DNA from: Amphiscolops sp. MND2022
Taxonomy: Eukaryota
Length of the DNA: 64,000 nt
Reading direction: 5' to 3'
Assembly: GCA_964187785.1 (NCBI GenBank)
Contig: OZ076412.1
Location: 16,616,001 to 16,680,000 of the forward strand
The first letter of the stretch is position 1. Each line of letters opens with the position of its first letter. The notes beneath the pieces are model-generated. The model was not told the origin of the DNA. It saw nothing but the letters and a program-made list of their open reading frames with translations, and searched no databases. The position numbers were made by a program, and so were the translations under genes. Shown in pieces: positions 50,503 through 60,084 of the stretch.

Positions 50503-53500
50503 AAATGTCTACGCTAGCGGGTCAGAGCGCAGACAAGACCACAAACCGAGGCCCGCAAATTCAGACTCTTAACTCTGTGGTGGATCACAGAAGTGTATTC
50601 GTCCAATTATCCATTTTTAATACGGTGATTGAGGCTGTGTGTGATAGTGGAGCAAGTGTGTCTTGCCTGAGTTCTGATGCATTTGGGAAATTGAAGAACG
50701 GGAAGAAATTAGAGCTAAACCCGTCAGACACGAAGCTAGTAGCAGCCAACAAACAACCTATAGTAACACGCGGCATTGTGCAACTACCTTTGCAAATCGG
50801 TCCGAGACATTACGAACATTCGTTTCACGTTCTGGAGCAAGCAGAAACTGACTGTCTACTCGGCTTAGACTTCCTCAAAACTCATAAATGCGACCCGTTG
50901 TTTTCCCAAGATATTCTGCGTCTGGATGAAAAGACGACAGTCCCCCTGTATCATCGTCAGCTCACAGATGCTAAGACAACTGTGTTCAGGGTGGTGGTGT
51001 CCGAGACAGTTTCGGTACCACCACGACATACAATGATTGTGCCAGCGCACATCAAGGATTGGAAACGCCCATTGAATGAGGGTGTAGCAATTTTCGAGCC
51101 GCACGAACGGTTCGATGGCTCAAAAGAAGCAGTGGCACCAAGTATTTTGTTCAACTTTGCTGAGGAAAACATCCCGGTGACGATCGAAAATTCTGGAGAA
51201 GAGCCACTGATCTTGTATGAGAAAACAACTTTGGGTACTTCAGAAGCAATCCCTGATTTACCCATACAAAACGTTGTAACCGAAACAAAAAGCTTGAAGT
51301 CTAAAATAGACGAAAAGGACGAATCGTACGATTTGAAAAATGTAGTGGATGGAGTTGATCCGGAAATTCCATTCAAAACAAAACAGAAATTCGCAGAACT
51401 TGTTTACGAATTCGAAGATGTGTTTTCGCAAAACCAATGGGACATTCGTCGTTGCGAAGCTACAACACACAAAATAAACGTATACCCCGGATCAAAGCCG
51501 ATTAAAATTCCGAATCGCAGAATGCCCCTCCACTATAAACAGGATCTCCAAGAGAAATTAGACGCGTTCCTGGACAAGAGGTTAATAGCTCCTTGTCACA
51601 GCCCTTACAGTGCACCCGCCATGCTAGTCCCGAAGAAAAACGGAAAACTCCGCCTCGTCATTGACTACAGACAATTGAATAGTCAAACAATCAAGTCTTG
51701 TTGGCCAATCCCTTCGATTGAAGAAATTTTTGACACTCTAGATGGAAGTTCAGTCTTTTCCACTATAGACATGAGTTGGGGATTTTATCAGCTGCCCTTA
51801 GACGAATCAAGTCAAGATTATACTGCTTTCAGCACACCTTTTGGTTCCTTCAAATGGCTTGTAATGCCGATGGGACTCACAAACAGTCCACCGACGTTCC
51901 AAAATTTAATGGAAATCGTTTTGGCGAAACTTATCTGGAAAACAACAGTCCCCTACCTTGACGATTGTATCATCTTTGCCGCTTCCCCGGAGGAACACTT
52001 AGAACGAGTCAGGGAAGTTCTAGGCAGATTTAGACAAGCCAACTTGAAAATAAACCCCCTAAAATGCGAGTTTTTCCGCACCAAAGTCCACTTCTTGGGC
52101 CATGTCATCAGCAAAGAAGGCCTTCAAGTTGATCCCACAAAAATTGCAGCCGTTAAAGAGTTTCCGGTCCCAATTAACCAGACCCAGGTGAAGTCATTCT
52201 TGGGCCTTTGTTCCTACTATAGACGTTACATCAAAAATTTCGCTGAAATCGCTCGTCCCTTGCATAAAGCGAGTGAAACCAACTCGCCTTTTAAGTGGAC
52301 AACTGAGGCAGAGCAAGCGTTTGAAGATCTAAAAGCACGACTCCTCACAACACCAATTTTAGCCTTTCCAACAATGGAAGATCCTTTCATCCTCTACACG
52401 GATGCCAGCCAACTAGCAATGGGAGCCGTTCTAGCCCAAGTACAAAATGGCCAGGAACGTGCTATTTGCTATGCATCAAAGGCATTCTCCAAATCCCAAT
52501 CAAAGTACTCAGCGACGAAACGAGAACTTCTCGCAATGGTCCATTTCACTCGGTACTTCCGACATTACCTACTCGGTAGAAAATTCAAAATTGTCACAGA
52601 CCACAGTGCACTTCGCTGGTTACACAATTTCAAGGACCCCGACGGTCTCATTGCACGTTGGATTGAAAAACTAGCAGCTTTTGATTACGAAGTGCAACAT
52701 AGACCAGGCAAATCCATCGGACATGCCGACAGTCTGTCCAGAATACCAACTGAATCCGTCCAATTAACGCAAGAATGCCGAACAGGAGTCCCAGGTGCAA
52801 CAAAGACGAAGAATTGCAACAATGACGAGGAATGGCCCAACGCACAATCTAACTACAGTATTCACCTATTGCCTAGAGATACAGCATCAATACCACTCCA
52901 AGCTATCATTGAACTCAAGGAAAAAGCTAATAATCACAGCAAAGTTAAAACCGGCGAACTTCTCGAACACGAGCAACCACAAGAAAAGCCTCTACAAGAA
53001 GAACTAGTCATTACAGAAACAGGCATTGTCAAGAATCGCGAGGTGAAGGGCGATTTGTTCAGTTCTTCGGAGTCCCTAGCTCACTGTATCTCAGCTGATT
53101 TTAAAATGAGTTCTGGAATAGCCCGATCATTCAAAAGGAAGTTCCCAGCACAGTATCCAGAGGACTTATCAAAGCAAACTGTGCCACTTTGGGTACAACC
53201 ATTACCTGGTGACGGCCGTTTCCTGTATCACTTGCTGACTAAGGAACGTTACTACCAAAAGCCAACATATACTTCGCTTCGAGCTTCTCTGGAACACATG
53301 CGTAGCCATGCTGAAACGAACGACGTCCTAAAGATTAGTATGCCTCAAATAGGCTGTGGAAATGATAAACTTGACTGGGATTTGGTTCGCAGACTCATCC
53401 GAGAAGTCTTTGACGGATCCAATGTATGTATAACTATTTATTTGCCTCCATCAATTTCACTTGAGAGCGAAGGCCCACCCGTAGAAACCGCTAAAGATAA

Positions 53501-55409
53501 TGAACCAGTGCATGCGGACATTGATGTCCGCAATGCTCAAGATGAGGACGAGGCCCTGAAGATCGTAAAAGAATGGGTTCGCAGGGGTCGTGTGCCGCGG
53601 AATAACGACCTACAAGGAAGTCCCGAGTTAGCATGGAAGCTGTACAATCAATTCCACAGTTTATATCTGGCCAATGACGTCCTTTGTCGACGGTATGAAC
53701 CAGTTGGAAGTGAACTTCCGTACCTACAGCAAATTGTTCCCCGTACCTTGGTAGAACATATCCTAACAAACTTGCACTCTTCCGCTACCAGTGGACATCT
53801 AGGTTTAGCCAAGGTGATGGAGAAAGTTCGACAGCGTTTTTGGTGGCCTGGTTTCAAAGAGGATATCAAGCTTTTCATAAAACGTTGTTCCGAATGTCAG
53901 CGACGCTCGGATCCTCCTAAAACACATCGTCATTCCCTTGTAGAGTGGAAAGCTAGTTATCCCTTTCACCACATTGGAATCGATTTCATGGGCCCATTGC
54001 CGGCCTCGAATGGAAACAAAGTAATTCTGTTGATCGGGGATCATTTCACAAAATGGTATGAAGCAATTCCCTTGCCAGATCAGCAAGCTACAACAACGGC
54101 TACCGCTCTTATCGAACATTGGATCTGTCGATTTGGTTGTCCCTACAGCATACATAGTGATCAAGGACGTAATTTTGAGTCCAAGTTGTTCCAGACGCTC
54201 ATGACAAGCCTTCACATTGACAAAACAAGAACAACTGCTTTTAGGCCCCAGTCTAATGCAGTGATCGAGCGAATGAATCGAACAATCCAGAACATGCTAG
54301 CAAAATGCGTAAACGCTGAACAAAGTAACTGGTCCCAACAGTTACCCTACGTAATGATGGCCTACCGGTCATCTGTACATGAATCAACCGGATATTCGCC
54401 TCAATTTCTTGTTCATGGGCGAGAAATTTCCTTGCCAATCGATTTGATGCACCCTGCACCTGAAGCCGAAAAACCAATGTCGCCTACGGATTTTGTATAC
54501 AATCGAAAATTGGCCTTCCAAAGAGCTTTCGAACTAGTGCGAGCCAACATTAATAAAAACCAAAAACGTCGCAACGCCATTTACAACGAGAAGATCCATG
54601 GTCCTACCTACGAACAGGGACAGAAAGTGTTGCTCCACACACCAGTGGTCCCAGTTGGCCAAACAACCAAGTTCCACAACCCATGGCGTGGTCCATATGT
54701 GATACTTGACTGTTTCAATGAGGTCACATACAAGATAAGAGAATTGTCTACGTCCAAAGAGCTGATCGTTCACTACGATAGGTTGAAACCTTTTTGCGAA
54801 AAACCAGCTACTTCAAATGTGCCTACTGGAAATACTAGCTTAACCCAGCCCACAAAACCAGTTCACTCCAATGTCCCAACACGGAATAACGACTTGAACA
54901 CCACACCACCTGAAACCTCGCATCGATGCTGCATGCATTTTCAACAGCCACCACTGCAGCCTATGAATCTCCACAGCCCTGCTCACCTAAACCACCAGAC
55001 TACTCCAACGCCACAATCAACTAGCCACAATGCTCAGTCACCGACCCAAACCCGAACTCCCGCTTTCCTCTCCGGTAATCAGCATTCCCAATCTTTTCAA
55101 TCTCCTGGCGTTCAGACGATGGCCACTCCCGCAACTCCTTCAGTCGACAACCCTAGTTATCGTCAAGCACCAGCATCCCATTCACCTTTGTCAAACGAAT
55201 CCCGAAACATCGTTGAAAACGCTGCTGTTCAGTTTCGAGATATGATAAACAGACCATACAATCTCCGCGCAAGTACACGCACACAGCGATTGGCGGAACC
55301 CCTGTGTAATTCCTCAATACCTTCTGAACTAACCGATTTCAACTCGCCGCCACTGCACAGCATGCCACATTCCACCAAACGTTCCAAAAACTATACAAAA
55401 AAGAAATAA
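50469..55409 (+). CDS. pol: Pol: protease, dUTPase-like remnant, RT, RNase H, macrodomain, integrase
   Basis: CDSGAS; YLDD; YTDASQLAMGAVL; GDLF..LAHCISADF..LLTKE..MPQIGCGND; H..H..CSEC, IDFMGP, HSDQG, IERMNRT, WRGPY. 1646 codons with no stop. The dUTPase-like call (VPPRHTMIV region) is weak. Confidence 0.97.
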   Translation: MQGSQKGTFKLEMSTLAGQSADKTTNRGPQIQTLNSVVDHRSVFVQLSIFNTVIEAVCDSGASVSCLSSDAFGKLKNGKKLELNPSDTKLVAANKQPIVTRGIVQLPLQIGPRHYEHSFHVLEQAETDCLLGLDFLKTHKCDPLFSQDILRLDEKTTVPLYHRQLTDAKTTVFRVVVSETVSVPPRHTMIVPAHIKDWKRPLNEGVAIFEPHERFDGSKEAVAPSILFNFAEENIPVTIENSGEEPLILYEKTTLGTSEAIPDLPIQNVVTETKSLKSKIDEKDESYDLKNVVDGVDPEIPFKTKQKFAELVYEFEDVFSQNQWDIRRCEATTHKINVYPGSKPIKIPNRRMPLHYKQDLQEKLDAFLDKRLIAPCHSPYSAPAMLVPKKNGKLRLVIDYRQLNSQTIKSCWPIPSIEEIFDTLDGSSVFSTIDMSWGFYQLPLDESSQDYTAFSTPFGSFKWLVMPMGLTNSPPTFQNLMEIVLAKLIWKTTVPYLDDCIIFAASPEEHLERVREVLGRFRQANLKINPLKCEFFRTKVHFLGHVISKEGLQVDPTKIAAVKEFPVPINQTQVKSFLGLCSYYRRYIKNFAEIARPLHKASETNSPFKWTTEAEQAFEDLKARLLTTPILAFPTMEDPFILYTDASQLAMGAVLAQVQNGQERAICYASKAFSKSQSKYSATKRELLAMVHFTRYFRHYLLGRKFKIVTDHSALRWLHNFKDPDGLIARWIEKLAAFDYEVQHRPGKSIGHADSLSRIPTESVQLTQECRTGVPGATKTKNCNNDEEWPNAQSNYSIHLLPRDTASIPLQAIIELKEKANNHSKVKTGELLEHEQPQEKPLQEELVITETGIVKNREVKGDLFSSSESLAHCISADFKMSSGIARSFKRKFPAQYPEDLSKQTVPLWVQPLPGDGRFLYHLLTKERYYQKPTYTSLRASLEHMRSHAETNDVLKISMPQIGCGNDKLDWDLVRRLIREVFDGSNVCITIYLPPSISLESEGPPVETAKDNEPVHADIDVRNAQDEDEALKIVKEWVRRGRVPRNNDLQGSPELAWKLYNQFHSLYLANDVLCRRYEPVGSELPYLQQIVPRTLVEHILTNLHSSATSGHLGLAKVMEKVRQRFWWPGFKEDIKLFIKRCSECQRRSDPPKTHRHSLVEWKASYPFHHIGIDFMGPLPASNGNKVILLIGDHFTKWYEAIPLPDQQATTTATALIEHWICRFGCPYSIHSDQGRNFESKLFQTLMTSLHIDKTRTTAFRPQSNAVIERMNRTIQNMLAKCVNAEQSNWSQQLPYVMMAYRSSVHESTGYSPQFLVHGREISLPIDLMHPAPEAEKPMSPTDFVYNRKLAFQRAFELVRANINKNQKRRNAIYNEKIHGPTYEQGQKVLLHTPVVPVGQTTKFHNPWRGPYVILDCFNEVTYKIRELSTSKELIVHYDRLKPFCEKPATSNVPTGNTSLTQPTKPVHSNVPTRNNDLNTTPPETSHRCCMHFQQPPLQPMNLHSPAHLNHQTTPTPQSTSHNAQSPTQTRTPAFLSGNQHSQSFQSPGVQTMATPATPSVDNPSYRQAPASHSPLSNESRNIVENAAVQFRDMINRPYNLRASTRTQRLAEPLCNSSIPSELTDFNSPPLHSMPHSTKRSKNYTKKK
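50493..50540 (+). promoter_or_regulatory. -1 ribosomal frameshift signal
   Basis: T TTA AAC heptamer directly before the gag TAG; pol is in the -1 frame; stem GTCTACGCT/AGCGCAGAC begins 7 nt downstream. Confidence 0.85.
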
Positions 55410-55489
55410 CTTCAAATAGTTGCATTTTATTTCTCTCTCCAGGTCATTTCCCATCACCAATGGCCTAACAAGGCTCCTCTGTTTTTCAG

Positions 55490-57836
55490 GATTTCCTACT
55501 TTCCAAACTCTCAACATTTCTGGTTTCTCTTTCTGTTCGTCCGTTGGTCGGTCCTGATCTTTGCGGATGTGCAGTTCACAACACACCTCAACGATGACCT
55601 GGAAAAACCCGTATTCAAGAAAGGTGCAGCGTTTGTGTTCAAATACCAAGCTGTTACCTCGGAGAGCGAAAGCAAAGTCCGCGTGTTCTCTCCCTTCCCC
55701 AAGATGCCTCTAATCAACATTACCAATGCCATTAACATGATCAATGCCTTCCAGACAGCCCCTCGAAGCATCGGAGGTATGTACATCAATACAAACTGCA
55801 AGTTTACAGACGTTAATGACACCTATGACCTCCTCCTGCAACAACTTGTGACAAGAGTCAATTTCCTGCAAACAGAGTTGGCAGCAGCTCAACAAGAGGA
55901 AGACACTCTTCTGGAAGTTGTGAATTCTTTCATTCCACCAGCTGTTAGACAATCTGATGACATCGCACGACCACGTCGAGCAATTGCCGCTATTGCTGCA
56001 ATCGCAGCAGGTGCCGGAATGGTCTTGGGTGAACCAATCAAAGACGCCGCTTGTAGTGCGCTTTCTATATTTAACCTCTGTCACACCAATGAAGATCTGA
56101 GTCGCGACGTGGAACGCATAATGAGCACACAGCAAGAAATTGTTGATACACTGCAGCGTGTTCAAACTCGAAACGACAAGAATTTCTTCCTTCTAGGAAA
56201 CGAGATTAAACAGACCCAGGAAAGTGTCCAGAAACTAAAAGAAAGTGTCGGTCTCCGCTTCCAACAAATGGAGTTTTACCTAGTTAATGCTACTCGCTAC
56301 TTGGCTGCGACTAGCCTTGAGTGTGATAGAGTGATTATTCGTCACCTTAGCCTTCAGCAATTCTTGCGAAATTACGTCTATCAGCTAGGGACACTTTACA
56401 CTCATCTCAAGTCGTACCGTGCAGCGTTTTACGCTTACCGCATTTCGCTCTACTCCACCATTTCCTCGTTAGCTAGTGGCTACATCACACCTCAGTTTCT
56501 TCTGCCTCAACAAGTGGCGCAAATTGTCAAAGACTTAGCAGATGACGAAGTAAAGCGAGGCACCAAACTGTCCCCAGCTATTCGACCTGGTTTTGAGGCA
56601 ATATACTATGAGATACAATTAGTACTCGAAGTAACTTTGATACCACGTGGTATATCTGTCATTCTTGGGATCCCAATGAATTCAAAGTCGTCGACGTTTG
56701 ACATTTACCATGCCACGCCTCTGTATCAGCCCAACAATGACCAGAAGACTGCGTCGCTCTTCAATTTTGCGAACCCTTTTTTGGCCGTATCTACTGACAA
56801 TAGTAGATTTGCAGAACTCGGTGCTAATACGCTGCAGCAATGTTCGGGTAACAATCGTATCAAATTATGTAGAAAAGGCTTCTCGACAACAACCGATGAA
56901 ACTCTTCTTTGCTTAGGATCCTTGTTCTATAACTACGATGTTCCCGCCTTACGCAATTGCGAAGTCCGCGCAGTACTTTTACCCGACGCTCCTCAGGCAT
57001 TTTATTTGGCGGATGGAATGTACCACGTCATATCGCGGTCTCCCACCCTCAAATTCAAAAACGATAGCCAAATTGACGGCCTTTCTATCTCTACTATCAC
57101 CTGTCAGGCGTGTGTCATACGCCCTAGCTGTTCGAGTACACTGTCTTTCAACCAGGGTGAACTGGTTCTTCACCCTGACATGGATTTTTGTGAGACCCGA
57201 CCGGAGCCTTTTCTTGCGTCGATTGAGCTGACACCGTCTTTGAATCAAGTCTTCGCGCATGTACCCGCCATTGGTAGCGCCGAATTTCAGGCATATTCTA
57301 CTAGTGAAGCTCGTCAGTCAGTTCTTGGCAGTCTACGAATGGAACTAGCCGAACTACCTGACGTCCAACACATGTCGCCGGAGACTCTAGATCAACTGAC
57401 AGAGCCAATCGCTAAGTATTATTCTTCGATCTCGCCGGCCACATCAGCGGCTTTACAGTCATATTTACCCACCCGTACTGCTTTTTTACTTTCGTCATTG
57501 TCCATTACAATGTCTATTTTAACATTTTCTATAAGTTTTACTTTGTTTAGACGTCATTGGCAGCGTCTTTTTACCAATCCTCAACGCTTTTTCCGGGCTA
57601 CTTCCGGTAGATTCATTAATATAGTCGAATCAATTACCGCGGAGTATGATTTGACCAATTCTCCATTTTTGTATTTGACGGACGCTGAATTCCGCGCACT
57701 GATTTTGCTGGCTCGCGAAACCATTCGTCAAGCTGAACCGAAACCATCTAATTACACTGCACCCAACGCCCCTACACTTCCACCACGTGTTTATCCTAAT
57801 ATTAGTGCGCCTACTTATGAGTCTACTTCGACATGA
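55490..57836 (+). CDS. env: Env, class I F-type fusion glycoprotein (predicted 782 aa after splicing)
   Basis: Signal-like HFWFLFLFVRWSVLIFA; furin site RPRR (55968-55979) then AIAAIAAIAAGAGMVLG; heptad region; ITPQFLLP motif; Cys-rich ectodomain; TM AFLLSSLSITMSILTFSISFTLF; tail with YPNI. Confidence 0.9.
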
Positions 57837-57908
57837 TTTAATTGCTTAGCACATTTCTGTCTCACTGTCAATTTCAGCTTCTTTATCAACTACTTAGGAT
57901 TTCCCTTC

Positions 57909-58195
57909 CTAGATGCTTTCCTACGCAGCTAGTGCCTGTTTTACACGTTTCCGTGTTCCGTTACTTTCCCTTAGGTTGTCTTTTCCTTCCTAGTTGCTTC
58001 ACTACGCAACTAGCGCCTGTATTGATACACGTTTCCGTGGTGAATCTCTTTTCGCTAAGCTGTCTTTTTCTCCTAGTTGCTTCGCTACGCAACTAGTGCC
58101 TCACAACACACGTTTCCGTGTCCGCAATTAAGTTTTTTCCTAATTGTTTAAACAATTAGTGTCTAGCAGATGCGTTTCCGCATCCTAAGTAGGAT
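57909..58195 (+). repeat. Three ~82-bp tandem units with embedded hairpins plus a 20-bp palindrome
   Basis: CTAGTTGC-N8-GCAACTAG at 57990 and 58073 (variant at 57909); CACG-TTTC-CGTG in each unit; CTAATTGTTTAAACAATTAG at 58140-58159. Confidence 0.85.
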
Positions 58196-58242
58196 TTCCG
58201 TACAAAGTGTAATCGGTGCAATCAGTTTTTTTGTTGTTTCAG

Positions 58243-59314
58243 GTTCCAGTTTCCAGCAGCTCCAGTTCCAGCGCCCTCCCTCCTCAGCAGCGGTCGCGTG
58301 CAGCCTCTGGCAGAGGGATATGTAGTCCGCTTGTTGGACAAAGACGATTATCGTATCAAGAGAATAAACCCCGCTACACAAACTGTTGTGCTACAAAAAA
58401 TTAATTCAAGTAATCGTTGCTTTGCTCGACCAGCTACGGAAATCTGGCTTCCTCCTCCAAGCAGTAACAGCCTGAGCGTGGAAGTGGACTGCCCTCCCCC
58501 TCCAGCAATCTGTGATTGCTCGCCAGTACCCCCTAAATTAATAGTGGACACCTGCGATGTAGCAGTGGATGCGTCCCTCGACGCTGACGACAGCATGGAA
58601 CTCTTAGTATCAGAGTTTTCTTCGGTTGGCGAACTCAATAAGGGTTTTGAAGAAGCCCGTGCAGCAGCTAATAAGGCTCGCATCGAGTGTGAGCATACGT
58701 TCGACCTCCTTTGCGAGGAAATGACTCTTCGGAAGGCAAAGGAAAAGGAAATTCATGAAGCAAAAATCGAGCTCGCTGGTTTACAAACCAACATTGCTTC
58801 TCAAGTCGTCGCCCTCGCCAAAAAAGACAGTGAAATAGCCGCCCTGAAGAAGCGCCTCAGTGCCCTCAGCGACGAAAACAGCTCTTTGCTGCAACACAGT
58901 CTCCAGCAAAGCGAAGAACTCTCTAACCTTAAACTAGCCGCCAACAGGGTTTCAGATGCCCATCTAACCACTGACATGCTAATTTATCAACTTTCCACAT
59001 ATACTCCTGAACTCGATTTCGCAGATGAGAACATATTCTTTGATATACTTGGCCTACCACCCACCGCCGATGTCGAAAAGATCAATCGTCATGCTAGACA
59101 TCTTTTAAGACTCGTACACCCCGACAAGAACCCTTCCATCCCAGCCGAAGTGTCCCAACTGGTCCCCTGCCTTAAGGAAGCGAAAAACGTCCTCACGGAT
59201 CCCCGGCTCAACAAAGTATACCAGTGTTGCGGTATGACAGGTGTTCGCCGGGCCCGTCGTAACTTACGGACCTGCATGGATTGTGACTCCCACATGTCGG
59301 ACTGGTTCGAGTAA
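58243..59314 (+). CDS. ORF4: coiled-coil plus J-domain (DnaJ-like) protein with Cys-rich tail (predicted 357 aa after splicing)
   Basis: FFDILGLPPTADVEKINRHARHLLRLVHPDKNP..LKEAKNVLTDPRLNKVY; heptad-rich middle; CC..CMDC tail; acceptor TTTTTGTTGTTTCAG at 58242. Confidence 0.88.
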
Positions 59315-59340
59315 TTTGGCTGGCGGGGACGCAGCCTTTC

Positions 59341-59350
59341 ACGGGGGAGG
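59341..59350 (+). promoter_or_regulatory. Polypurine tract
   Basis: ACGGGGGAGG, 4 nt before the 3' LTR. Confidence 0.8.
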
Positions 59351-59354
59351 TTAG

Positions 59355-60051
59355 TATAGCGGACAGCAAACAGGAAATGAATTTTTTAATACATGTGAGA
59401 CTTCATACACGTTACATATACACATCTATATATTGAAAAATATTAACAGCGTTGCTTAATATACATTGTAACAATTGTTGTGCACATTTTACTTTTTTTA
59501 AAATATTTTACAAACAATTATCCAGGCAGTTCCAGGCAGTGTGCATTTTAAAAAAGCCTTGTGGTCGTTTCTAAAAATTCAGCTGCCTTGCAGTAATAAA
59601 TATTTTGTTGAGTCTGATTCAGCTTCCCAATTGTTCAGCCGCCCCCTTATTTCAGCTGCCCCTTATTTAAAGCTGCTCTTATTATTTTATGCGCCCAATT
59701 CAGCTGCTCCTTTATTAACATTCATCAAAAGCCCCACTCTTACCCAGTGCAGGATTAATTATTTATTCGTTTCTTGCACCTGCAGAAGTATCTTCAGAAA
59801 CCGAAAACTATCACAGCCATAACATCATCCATCAAGCCAAATGTAAGTTGCTGTTTGTTACTTAATAATTTTGGTCAGTAAATATCGTTCTTTAAAATTG
59901 AGTTTTCATTTTCTTATAGACTTTTTTTTGTTCTTTTTTTAGAAATATCCACTAGTCACTTTTAAAAACAAAATATATCCATTTACCCCAACAATCGCCC
60001 TGCGCATCGAAAGTTGAAACGAATTCAAATCTAGTAAAAAGCGATTGTTAA
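59355..60051 (+). repeat. 3' LTR (697 bp)
   Basis: Near-identical to 47458-48154; followed by TSD ACCAA. Confidence 0.97.
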
Positions 60052-60084
60052 ACCAAACTTAGCTTCTGCTCAAAGTTCAATCCA

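Larger units (their letters stand above)
47458..60051 (+). mobile_element. Complete env-bearing Gypsy/Ty3 (Metaviridae-like) endogenous retrovirus-like element with accessory ORFs, 12.6 kb
   Basis: Paired 697-bp LTRs, TSD ACCAA (47453-47457 and 60052-60056), PBS, PPT, uninterrupted gag, pol, env and ORF4. Confidence 0.97.

Noticed and set aside
50003-57260. Numerous short overlapping or antisense ORFs within gag, pol and env
   Set aside because: Shadow frames of long coding sequence with no independent motifs.
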